Assembly (NCBI GenBank): GCA_040235515.1
Contig: JBECKX010000039.1
Location: 1 to 13,789 of the forward strand
DNA: 13,789 nucleotides
Source of the DNA: Candidatus Zixiibacteriota bacterium
Lineage (GTDB): Bacteria > Zixibacteria > MSB-5A5 > CAIYYT01
Direction of reading: 5' to 3'
Shown: piece by piece, positions 5,669 through 13,789 of the stretch
Numbering within the stretch: position 1 is the first letter of the stretch
Layout of the letters: each line of letters starts with the position of its first letter
Program-made: the position numbers and the translations under genes
Notes under the pieces: generated by a model
What the model saw: only the letters and a program-made list of their open reading frames with translations
The model's database searches: none
Told to the model about the DNA's origin: nothing

Positions 5669-7078
5669 ATGACTTATTCTATTCAACATATCAAGCGAAC
5701 CGGTCCGCACAGCAAAGCTGGAGTGGTCTTGACTGTGACCGTTCTGGCGTTTCTGGTAATGGTCGGTGCGCTGGAAGCTCAGACGCGCTCAGCGTCGCGA
5801 GCTGCCGCTGACTCTCTGGCGAGGGTTTTTGCCGGCGAGGGTGAGTCGCCGGTGCAGTTCGACTCGCTGAGCAGTCTGGATGACTACCTGGCACTCGCTG
5901 CCGAGCGTAGTCCGGAATTGCGCAGGGTTTACTATGAGTGGGTCGCGGCTTTGAAGGGATCTGATTATGCCGGCGCATTGCCTGATCCCCATCTATCGTA
6001 CGGCTATTTTCTTGAGAGCATTGAGACCAGAGTGGGTCCGCAGCAGCAGCGCTTCAGTCTGCGCCAGGCATTCCCCTGGTTTGGAACACTTGGCGCGGCA
6101 AAGGATGTCGCCGTTGCAGAAGCACTGGTTGCAGAGCAGCGGTTCGAGTCGACACGCCAGAAACTCTTCTATGACGTCAAAGCCGCCTACTATGAGCTTT
6201 ATCTTCTTGGTCAGAGGCTTGCCCTCGCCAGAGATAATTTCGAACTGCTCAAATTCTGGCAGGAAGTTCTGCAGACCCGCTACAAAGTCGGGTTGAATCA
6301 GCATCCCTACCTGATCAAAGTGCAGGTCGAGCTGGGGGTGCTGGAGGATCAGCTCCAATCGCTCCACGAAGAGCTGCAACCTGCCCAAGCTGCCCTGCGC
6401 GCGTTATTGAACCTGCCTCCATCAGCTCAGATTGCACTACCGACACAACTCGGGAGCGACTCAGCGATCCTCGACTCAAACGAAGTTATTCAGTCAGTAG
6501 AGGCGAACAACGCCAGCCTGCAGATGCAGGCTTACCTGGTCGAGAAGGCGAAAGCCGCAGTTAACCTCGCCAGGAAATCCTCTCTGCCACAATTGTCACT
6601 CGGCATAGACTATATCCAGACTGGAGAGGCGGTTGTGCCGACGATGCCTGAGAGTGGGAAGGATCCCTGGGTTGTTAATGCTTCCATCTCGCTACCTATC
6701 TGGTTTGGCAAGAACAGAGCAAGAGCACAGGAAGCAGAAGCGCTCCGCCGTGCTTCGGAGTATCGGCTGGAGGACTCGCGGCAAAAGCTCAGGGCTACCG
6801 CAGAGCGGCTGATGTTTCAACGCGCCAACGCTCAGCGGAAGGTCCGGCTCTATCGGGATGGTCTGGTGCCAAAGGCCGAGCAGTCTTTGAATGCAACATA
6901 CAGTGCCTATCAGGCAGGTAATGCGAGCTTTCTCGACCTGCTCGACGCTCAGCGACAGCTGCTTGAGTTCCAGCTCACGGCTGCAAAGGAGAACGTCAAT
7001 CAGGCGAAAGCTGAAGCCGCACTAGAAATGTTAACACAGCGTTCGATCAATCAACTAATCGATCATAAATCGGAGTGA
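5669..7078 (+). CDS. TolC-family outer membrane factor of a heavy-metal RND efflux system (CusC/SilC-like role)
   Basis: Signal peptide ending ALEA-Q. Two OEP-like halves (AGALPDPHLSYGY...QAFPWFGTL and SSLPQLSLG...SISLPIWFGK). C-terminal YQAGNASFLDLLDAQRQLL. First gene of an OMF-MFP-RND run. Confidence 0.92.
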   Translation: MTYSIQHIKRTGPHSKAGVVLTVTVLAFLVMVGALEAQTRSASRAAADSLARVFAGEGESPVQFDSLSSLDDYLALAAERSPELRRVYYEWVAALKGSDYAGALPDPHLSYGYFLESIETRVGPQQQRFSLRQAFPWFGTLGAAKDVAVAEALVAEQRFESTRQKLFYDVKAAYYELYLLGQRLALARDNFELLKFWQEVLQTRYKVGLNQHPYLIKVQVELGVLEDQLQSLHEELQPAQAALRALLNLPPSAQIALPTQLGSDSAILDSNEVIQSVEANNASLQMQAYLVEKAKAAVNLARKSSLPQLSLGIDYIQTGEAVVPTMPESGKDPWVVNASISLPIWFGKNRARAQEAEALRRASEYRLEDSRQKLRATAERLMFQRANAQRKVRLYRDGLVPKAEQSLNATYSAYQAGNASFLDLLDAQRQLLEFQLTAAKENVNQAKAEAALEMLTQRSINQLIDHKSE

Positions 7079-7082
7079 CGTT

Positions 7083-9140
7083 ATGAATAACGAGAACAAT
7101 ACTGAAGCAAGAGACCACCTGTCATTGACTCGACGCCCGTGGAGAATCCTGGTTATCGCCGTTGTGGCGCTCGTGGCGTTTCTCCTCGGCGGACTGATAA
7201 TGGGTGGTGGCTCGGCGGCATCGGAGTTTGCCGAGGATGTCCATGCAACAACTGAGATGTCCCAGGCACCGCAGGTATGGACCTGCTCGATGCACCCGCA
7301 GATTCAATTGCCCAAACCGGGCAAATGCCCGATCTGCTTCATGGACCTGATCCCGGTCGAGTCTGGTGGCGGCGACGAACTGCCTGTCAATCAGATCAAA
7401 CTCTCAGCCGCGGCCCGACAGCTTGCCGGGATATCGACGACACCCGTGGTAAGAGCATACGCCGAACGCGATATCCGCATGGTAGGAAAGCTCGACTACG
7501 ACGAGAGCAAACTGGCCTACGTAACCGCATGGGTTCCCGGCCGTCTTGAACGGCTCTACGCCGACTATACCGGCATGCAGGTAGCCAGGGGCGATCACAT
7601 GGTTGAGATCTATTCCCCCGAACTAATCTCGGCTCAGGAAGAATTGCTGCAGGCCAGGAAGGCGGTAGCTACGCTTGATCGCAGCAGCAGCAAGACCCTG
7701 CAGGGTACGGCTAATGAGACGCTGCGCTCCGCGAGGGAGAAGCTGAAGCTCTATGGTCTCTCCGAGGAACAAATCGCACAAATCGAGGAATCCGGCGAGG
7801 CGGCACACAACCTGACCCTGACATCCCCCATCGGTGGAGTGGTTGTGCACAAGGAAGCCAAGGAGGGAATGTATGTGGCAACCGGTACACGCATCTATAC
7901 GCTGGCGGATTTGTCGGAGTTATGGGTGCTCTTCGAAGCCTACGAGTCTGACCTGCCCTGGCTTCGTTATGGCCAGCATGTCAGTTTCACATCGCCATCA
8001 TTTCCGGGAGAAACTTTCGATGCGATCATCAGTTTCATCGACCCGGTTGTAACTCCTGCAACTCGCACGGTCAACGTCAGGGCGATCGTAAAGAACAGCG
8101 GCGGACGTCTCAAACCGGAGATGTTCGTAACCGGTTACGTCAATGCCCGACTTGATGCTGCCGGCAACGTCATTGCGCCGCAGCTTGCAAACAAGTGGAT
8201 CAGCCCGATGCACCCGCAGATCGTGAAGGATCATCCGGGCACATGTGATGTCTGCGGCATGAAACTCGTGCCTGCGGCGGAACTGGGTTATAGCACCGGC
8301 GCCGGGAGTGAGGGTACTCCACCGCTCACGATACCGGCAACCGCGCCGCTCATTACGGGCAAACGTGCGGTGGTGTATGTGGAACTAAGTGGTGGTGACG
8401 ATATCTTTGAGGGGCGCGAAGTAACCCTGGGGCCGAAGGCGGGCGACAATTACATCGTCAAGGATGGTCTTGCCGAAGGCGAGATCGTGGTAACGCACGG
8501 AGCCTTCAAGATAGACAGCGAGATGCAGATACAGGCGAAGCCAAGCATGATGTCTGCGCCAGACATGAAGAGCGAACAACATCACGTGATGGCTGCTGCT
8601 GCGGTCGAGAAGAAGCAGGCGCCCGCTAAGCCGTATGTGGCAGGCACGGCTGCACGAATCGAAGTAAGCGCTGCCGCTCTCGGCGAACTGACTGAAGTCT
8701 ACCATCGCTATTTCGATATTCAGATGGCACTGGCGAAAGACGATCTCAAAGCCGCGAAGAACGCTTACGATACCCTCGAGAAAACCATCGCCGCCGTAGA
8801 TGAGTCGTCATTCACCGGTCATAGCCAGATGCGCTGGACTGAGCTGTCGGCGCTGATGGTAAAGCATACTTCCGGGGGTGCGGCCGCTAAATCGATTGAA
8901 GAGGCACGAGACGCGTTCTTCTATCTCTCGCAGCAGTTGATCGAGCTCCACGACACGTTCGGTCATTCGAGTGAAGAGCCGTTTTATCTGACCTTCTGTC
9001 CGATGGCGCGCAACAACGCCGGGGCATACTGGCTGCAACAGGCAGACATAGTCTGGAACAGCTTCTATGGAGACATGATGCTGCGCTGCGGGGAGATCAA
9101 GCAGAAGCTACCGACAAACGGTGGAACAACTGAGAAGTAA
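7083..9140 (+). CDS. cusB: CusB/SilB-like RND periplasmic adaptor with two heavy-metal-binding domains and a C-terminal DUF3347-like domain
   Basis: N-terminal TM anchor. WTCSMHPQI..PKPGKCPICFMDL. Adaptor motifs IYSPELISAQEEL, IYTLADLSELWV, FIDPVVTPATRTVNVR, LKPEMF, GLAEGEIVVTHGAFKIDSE. Second domain WISPMHPQI...GTCDVCGMKL. Tail FCPMARNNAGAYWLQ...NSFYGDMMLRCG. GGAG precedes the start. Confidence 0.9.
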   Translation: MNNENNTEARDHLSLTRRPWRILVIAVVALVAFLLGGLIMGGGSAASEFAEDVHATTEMSQAPQVWTCSMHPQIQLPKPGKCPICFMDLIPVESGGGDELPVNQIKLSAAARQLAGISTTPVVRAYAERDIRMVGKLDYDESKLAYVTAWVPGRLERLYADYTGMQVARGDHMVEIYSPELISAQEELLQARKAVATLDRSSSKTLQGTANETLRSAREKLKLYGLSEEQIAQIEESGEAAHNLTLTSPIGGVVVHKEAKEGMYVATGTRIYTLADLSELWVLFEAYESDLPWLRYGQHVSFTSPSFPGETFDAIISFIDPVVTPATRTVNVRAIVKNSGGRLKPEMFVTGYVNARLDAAGNVIAPQLANKWISPMHPQIVKDHPGTCDVCGMKLVPAAELGYSTGAGSEGTPPLTIPATAPLITGKRAVVYVELSGGDDIFEGREVTLGPKAGDNYIVKDGLAEGEIVVTHGAFKIDSEMQIQAKPSMMSAPDMKSEQHHVMAAAAVEKKQAPAKPYVAGTAARIEVSAAALGELTEVYHRYFDIQMALAKDDLKAAKNAYDTLEKTIAAVDESSFTGHSQMRWTELSALMVKHTSGGAAAKSIEEARDAFFYLSQQLIELHDTFGHSSEEPFYLTFCPMARNNAGAYWLQQADIVWNSFYGDMMLRCGEIKQKLPTNGGTTEK

Positions 9141-9158
9141 AGACCCGGCGTCACACCA

Positions 9159-12100
9159 ATGAATTCATCACCGGCTTCCATGCCAGACGGCAGGAGGTCA
9201 CTCATCGACAGAGTGATCCGCTACTGCCTCGAAAACAAGCTCGTCGTCTTCATCGTCACCTTGCTGGTGATTGCCTGGGGCCTGCTTGTTGCTCCATTCG
9301 ACTGGAATCTGGCGGGATTGCCTCGGAATCCGGTCCCGGTGGATGCAATTCCCGACATAGGGGAGAATCAACAGATTGTATTCACCGAGTGGTCGGGGCG
9401 CTCGCCACAGGATGTGGAAGATCAGATTACCTATCCACTCACAGTTTCCCTGCTTGGGATTCCGGGAGTGAAGAATGTCAGAAGTTATTCCTACTTCGGG
9501 TTCTCCAGCGTCTACATCATCTTCAACGAGGATGTCGAGTTTTACTGGTCACGGTCTCGCATTCTCGAGAAGCTCAATTCTCTGCCGCGCGGCACGTTGC
9601 CCGAAGGGGTGCAGCCATCTCTCGGACCCGACGCCACCGCGCTCGGACAGGTTTTCTGGTACACCCTGGAGGGTCGTGATGAGGATGGCAATCCAGCCGG
9701 TGGTTGGGATCTGAATGAACTCCGGTCGATCCAGGACTGGACGGTTCGCTATGCGCTTCAAGCTGCCGAGGGTGTGTCTGAAGTGGCTTCCGTCGGCGGG
9801 CATGTGCAGGAGTACCAGATTGATGTTAACCCCGACGCGCTGCGTGCGCATGGAGTGACGCTCAGTGACGTCTACACCGCCGTGAGAAAGTCAAATGTTG
9901 ATGTTGGCGCACGGACCGTGGAAGTAAACAAGGCTGAGTATGTCATCCGTGGGCTGGGGTTGATCGAGAGCATCGCGGACATTGAAAAGAGCGTCGTGAA
10001 GCAGGTGGGAAGAGTCCCGGTCAGGGTTGCTGATGTTGCCACTGTTGGTCTCGGTCCCGCTCTCCGGCGGGGAGCGCTCGACAAAGAGGGTGCGGAGGTC
10101 GTTGGCGGAGTGGTGGTGGTACGCTTCGGTGACAATCCACTGAAAGTCATCAACAACGTCAAGAAACAGATCGCGAAGATATCGCCCGGTTTACCGAAAA
10201 AGCAGCTGGCCGACGGTCGCACGTCGCAGGTGACAATCGTCCCGTTCTATGACCGCACAGGATTGATCCACGAGACGCTCGGCACACTCAACACAGCGCT
10301 TGTGGACGAGATCCTGGTTACGATCATCGTGGTGATCCTGATGGTGATGCACTTCCGCAGTTCTTTGCTCATCTCCGGACTGCTGCCTCTCGCGGTGCTC
10401 CTCACCTTCATTGCGATGAAAGTCTTCCATGTCGACGCTAATGTCGTTGCGCTTTCGGGAATAGCGATTGCCATCGGCACTATCGTCGATATGGGCATAG
10501 TGATCTGCGAGAACATCCTCAAACACCTCGATGCGGCTGATCCAGATGAGAGCCGACTGGAAGTTGTCTATCGCGCTTCGACGGAAGTCGGTAGCGCCGT
10601 GCTGACCGCGATAGCCACCACGGTTATATCGTTCCTGCCGGTGTTTGCGATGGAGGCGGCGGAGGGCAAGCTGTTCAAGCCGCTGGCCTTTACGAAAACA
10701 TTCGCGCTGATCGCCTCCGTGCTGATCGCGTTGACAATCCTGCCACCGCTGGCTCATCTGCTCTTCACCCGCGGCAAGCAGTTCGCCACGACCCGGCACC
10801 TCTGGGCTGCCGGATTGATTCTCGCCGGAATTGGCTCATTCTTCCTCGGATTCTGGATTACGGGAATGCTCTTGCTTGGTGTCGCGGCGTACCTGATCTT
10901 CAGGAATCAGCTTCCGGGTCAGATCACCGAGCGAATGCCTCAATACTTCAACTACATCGTTGTCGTGGTTGTTGCCTGGTTGCTGGCGGGACACTGGGAA
11001 CCGCTGGGCGTCGAAGCCGGAGCCTTGCTCAACTTCATCTTTGTCGCACTGCTCCTCGGCGGCATCCTGTTGCTGTTCAGACTATTCCTGCGACAGTATG
11101 AGTCGATCCTGCGCTGGTGTCTCGACCACAAACTGCTGTTCCTTTCGATCCCGGCGCTGCTGATCATCTTTGGATTGACCACCTGGCTGGGATTCGGCAG
11201 GCTGTTCAACTTCATGCCGGAATTCGTGCGGTCGACCAGCCCATTCGTGGCGCTCAATCATACGTTCCCCGGCATAGGTGAGGAGTTCATGCCGGACCTG
11301 GATGAGGGTTCGTTTCTCTGGATGCCTACGACAATGCCGCACGCATCGATTGGCGAGGCGCTCGATGTGTTACAACATCAGGACAAAGCGTTTGCATCGA
11401 TACCTGAAATCGAGTCGGCTGTCGGAAAACTGGGTCGCGCCGATTCACCGCTTGATCCGGCGCCAATATCGATGATCGAAACAGTGATAAACTACAAACC
11501 GGAATATATCGTCGACAAGAACGGGCACCGAATGCGCTTCAAGTATGATAAAGATTCCGAGGAGTTTGTCAGGGATGAGCATGGAAACCTCATTCCCGAC
11601 AGCGACGGTCGTCCCTTCAGAAACTGGCGTGAGGGAATCAACTCACCCGCTGACATCTGGAAAGAGATCGTCAAGGCGGGCAAGCTGATCGGCACCACGT
11701 CGGCTCCCCGACTGCAGCCGATAGCGGCTCGCATCGTGATGCTCCAATCGGGGATGCGCGCGCCGATGGGTGTAAAGGTCAAGGGTCCTGACCTCGAGTC
11801 GATTGAACGGGTTGGATTGGAGATTGAGGAGTTCCTGAAACAGGTGCCGTCGATAGAGCCGAGCACGGTGATCGCGGATCGGATCGTTGGCAAGCCATAC
11901 CTGGAGATTGACATCGATCGAGACAAGATTGGACGTTACGGCCTCTCAATCCGTGACGTGCAGGATGTGATCGAAGTCGCAGTCGGCGGCCATGCTTTGA
12001 CAACGACCGTAGAAGGGCGAGAGCGCTACCCGGTGCGCGTACGCTATCAGCGAGAACTGAGAAACAGCATTGAAGAACTGGAGCAGATCCTCGTCTCCAC

Positions 12101-12950
12101 ACCCGATGGAACCCAGATTCCCCTCCGCGAGTTATCTGAGATCAAGTTTGTTCGAGGACCAATGGTGATCAAGTCGGAGAATACGTTTCTGACCGGCTAC
12201 GTGATCTTCGATAAGAAACCGGGCCACGCCGAAGTTGATGTGGTCCATGATGCCCAGGCACTCCTGCGGGATAAACTGACCACCGGAGAGTTTGATTTGC
12301 CGGCCGGCGTCAGTTATGAGTTTGCAGGAACGTATGAGAACCAGGTCAGATCCACCAAGCGATTGATGATAGTCCTGCCACTGGCACTGGTGCTGATCTT
12401 CCTGATCCTCTATTTCCAGTTCAAACAGGTCTCAACGACCCTGCTGGTGTTCTCAGGGGTCTTTGTCGCCTGGTCGGGTGGTTTCCTGATGTTGTGGCTC
12501 TATGGTCAGGATTGGTTCCTCAACTTCTCACTCTTCGGCGAGAATCTGCGCCAGCTATTCCAGGTGGAGCACTACAATCTCTCGGTAGCAGTCTGGGTGG
12601 GTTTTTTGGCGCTCTTTGGGATCGCCACCGACGACGGGGTAATCATTTCGACTTACCTCAACCAGGTATTTGCGAGTGAAAAACCAGGCTCCCTGGCGGA
12701 GATTCGCGAGGCAACGGTCAAGGCTGGTTTGCGCAGAATTCGCCCGGCATTGATGACGGTGGCAACGACGATTCTGGCGCTGATACCGGTGTTGACCTCG
12801 ACCGGGCGCGGTTCTGACATCATGGTGCCGATGGCGATTCCATCATTTGGCGGGATGACAATCGCCCTGATTACGGTGCTTACGGTACCGGTGCTCTATT
12901 GCATGGTCGCCGAGCTACGCCTGAAACGTCGACTGGCCGCTGAAAATTAG
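9159..12950 (+). CDS. cusA: CusA/SilA-family heavy-metal RND permease (Cu(I)/Ag(I) type), long form. Start could alternatively be the ATG at 9180.
   Basis: PVDAIPDIGENQQIVFTEWSGRSPQDVEDQITYPL, LGPDATALGQVFWYTL, TM4 GIAIAIGTIVDMGIVICENI, EGKLFKPLAFTKT and RIRPALMT. The Met triad LWM722P / ISM772IET / RIVM861L matches E. coli CusA M573/M623/M672 by local motif. Confidence 0.95.
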   Translation: MNSSPASMPDGRRSLIDRVIRYCLENKLVVFIVTLLVIAWGLLVAPFDWNLAGLPRNPVPVDAIPDIGENQQIVFTEWSGRSPQDVEDQITYPLTVSLLGIPGVKNVRSYSYFGFSSVYIIFNEDVEFYWSRSRILEKLNSLPRGTLPEGVQPSLGPDATALGQVFWYTLEGRDEDGNPAGGWDLNELRSIQDWTVRYALQAAEGVSEVASVGGHVQEYQIDVNPDALRAHGVTLSDVYTAVRKSNVDVGARTVEVNKAEYVIRGLGLIESIADIEKSVVKQVGRVPVRVADVATVGLGPALRRGALDKEGAEVVGGVVVVRFGDNPLKVINNVKKQIAKISPGLPKKQLADGRTSQVTIVPFYDRTGLIHETLGTLNTALVDEILVTIIVVILMVMHFRSSLLISGLLPLAVLLTFIAMKVFHVDANVVALSGIAIAIGTIVDMGIVICENILKHLDAADPDESRLEVVYRASTEVGSAVLTAIATTVISFLPVFAMEAAEGKLFKPLAFTKTFALIASVLIALTILPPLAHLLFTRGKQFATTRHLWAAGLILAGIGSFFLGFWITGMLLLGVAAYLIFRNQLPGQITERMPQYFNYIVVVVVAWLLAGHWEPLGVEAGALLNFIFVALLLGGILLLFRLFLRQYESILRWCLDHKLLFLSIPALLIIFGLTTWLGFGRLFNFMPEFVRSTSPFVALNHTFPGIGEEFMPDLDEGSFLWMPTTMPHASIGEALDVLQHQDKAFASIPEIESAVGKLGRADSPLDPAPISMIETVINYKPEYIVDKNGHRMRFKYDKDSEEFVRDEHGNLIPDSDGRPFRNWREGINSPADIWKEIVKAGKLIGTTSAPRLQPIAARIVMLQSGMRAPMGVKVKGPDLESIERVGLEIEEFLKQVPSIEPSTVIADRIVGKPYLEIDIDRDKIGRYGLSIRDVQDVIEVAVGGHALTTTVEGRERYPVRVRYQRELRNSIEELEQILVSTPDGTQIPLRELSEIKFVRGPMVIKSENTFLTGYVIFDKKPGHAEVDVVHDAQALLRDKLTTGEFDLPAGVSYEFAGTYENQVRSTKRLMIVLPLALVLIFLILYFQFKQVSTTLLVFSGVFVAWSGGFLMLWLYGQDWFLNFSLFGENLRQLFQVEHYNLSVAVWVGFLALFGIATDDGVIISTYLNQVFASEKPGSLAEIREATVKAGLRRIRPALMTVATTILALIPVLTSTGRGSDIMVPMAIPSFGGMTIALITVLTVPVLYCMVAELRLKRRLAAEN

Positions 12951-13103
12951 TCTGCGATAGCTTTCAGCGCAATCTGAACGGTAGCGCCGGTCACCTCCCG
13001 CCGAAAAATCGAGCGGCCTGCACAAAATGTGATTTACCAATTCGGGGATTCTCACGTAGATAAGCTTGTAATGTGTAGTGTCAACGTCCACAAAGGAGAT
13101 AGA

Positions 13104-13613
13104 ATGTCTATCGCTGAATCGCTTCTTCCTGAGTTCGACATGGAGATGGCAAACACCCGCAAGACAGTTGAGCGTCTGCCGAACGGCAAATTCTCCTACA
13201 GGCCGCACGACAAATCATACTCGCTCGGTGAACTGGCTTCGCACCTGGTCAATATCCTCAACTGGGTTGAAATGACCCTCAATCAGGATTCGTTTGATGT
13301 CAATCCTGATGGAGGAGAGAGCTACACGACGCCGCAGGGATCGTCGGCAGAGGAGCTGGTTAAATGGTTCGATGCTTCCGTCGCGACTGCACGCAAGGCG
13401 ATTGCGTCGGCAAGTGATGAGACGATGATGAAACCCTGGTCACTGAAGAGTGGTGGAGAGACTATCTTCACGATGCCGCGTGTGGCGGTCCTGCGCTCGT
13501 TTATCATGAACCATTTGATTCACCACCGCGCACAACTGACGGTCTACCTAAGGCTCAATGATGTGCCGGTGCCGGCATTGTACGGTCCGAGTGCGGACGA
13601 ACAAATCATGTAG
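13104..13613 (+). CDS. DinB/YfiT-like four-helix-bundle metalloprotein (169 aa)
   Basis: Strong SD AAAGGAG shortly before ATG 13104, preferred over the GTG at 13029. Motifs YRPHDKSYSLGELASHL and NHLIHHRAQLTVYLRLNDVPVPALYGPSADE give the DinB His triad. Confidence 0.92.
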   Translation: MSIAESLLPEFDMEMANTRKTVERLPNGKFSYRPHDKSYSLGELASHLVNILNWVEMTLNQDSFDVNPDGGESYTTPQGSSAEELVKWFDASVATARKAIASASDETMMKPWSLKSGGETIFTMPRVAVLRSFIMNHLIHHRAQLTVYLRLNDVPVPALYGPSADEQIM

Positions 13614-13643
13614 TGTCTGGCTCGACCGCCGGATTTGCAGGCA

Positions 13644-13696
13644 ATGGACAGGATCTCTCAATATGGGTAGTAGAACCCTAGAGAGTTTCTGTCCAT
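13644..13696. repeat. Imperfect 16-bp inverted repeat with an inner 4-bp stem, between convergent genes
   Basis: ATGGACAGGATCTCTC (13644-13659) pairs with GAGAGTTTCTGTCCAT (13681-13696) at 14 of 16 Watson-Crick positions. Inner GGGT (13665-13668) pairs with ACCC (13675-13678). No U-tract. Confidence 0.6.
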
Positions 13697-13788
13697 CTGA
13701 TTAAGTCACCCACATTGATGCCGTTTTCGGTGGTGTACCCGGCATTCACCTCCACTACGAATTTCGCCGGCTCGGTGGAGGGATAGGA
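13678..13788 (-). CDS. 3' end (truncated by the window) of a DUF192 (COG1430) family protein
   Basis: The minus strand reads SYPSTEPAKFVVEVNAGYTTENGINVGDLIRWTETL-TAG, matching the DUF192 C-terminal pattern PA-x-(Y/F)V(L/V)EVNAG...GI-x-VGD. Not in the supplied ORF track. Confidence 0.8.
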   Translation of the reverse strand, partial: SYPSTEPAKFVVEVNAGYTTENGINVGDLIRWTETL

Positions 13789-13789
13789 G

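Noticed and set aside
10191..11926. Minus-strand ORFs (202 aa, 144 aa and others) within cusA
   Set aside because: Antisense shadows of the RND permease with no independent evidence.
13024..13055. CRP/FNR-like site AAATGTGA upstream of the DinB gene
   Set aside because: Only one half-site. No TCACA at the required 6-nt spacing.
13029..13103. N-terminal extension of the DinB ORF from GTG 13029
   Set aside because: The strong SD sits before ATG 13104 and the family-like sequence begins there.
13717..13781. Two further hairpins (atgccg/cggcat and cctccac/gtggagg) as a structured ncRNA or riboswitch
   Set aside because: They lie inside the minus-strand DUF192 coding frame, the stems are short, and no known riboswitch motif is visible.

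Overview
This is a bacterial chromosomal window with a GC-rich coding backbone. The style of its dockerin repeat suggests candidate phylum Zixibacteria, which is an inference. The core (849-12950) is a heavy-metal homeostasis locus in two divergent arms around an AT-rich 273-bp intergenic region (5396-5668). The minus arm carries a membrane sensor histidine kinase, a sigma54-dependent NtrC-family response regulator, an ApbE flavin transferase and a CzcD/ZitB-type CDF transporter. The plus arm carries a TolC-family outer-membrane factor, a CusB-like adaptor (two heavy-metal-binding domains plus a DUF3347-like tail) and a long CusA/SilA-type RND permease with the Cu(I)/Ag(I) methionine triad. 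The intergenic region holds a sigma54-like -24/-12 element (GG-N10-GA) and a cluster of ATTCTWCAAT repeats that look like the activator enhancer. Together these suggest a complete sigma54 metal-sensing circuit, with a kinase that has only a short His/Cys-rich loop and no periplasmic domain. The left flank has the 3' end of a peptidase-S74 (intramolecular chaperone) fibre protein followed by a small secreted dockerin protein. The right flank has a DinB-family gene and the convergent 3' end of a DUF192-like gene that the ORF track does not list. I saw no rRNA, tRNA, CRISPR array or mobile element.
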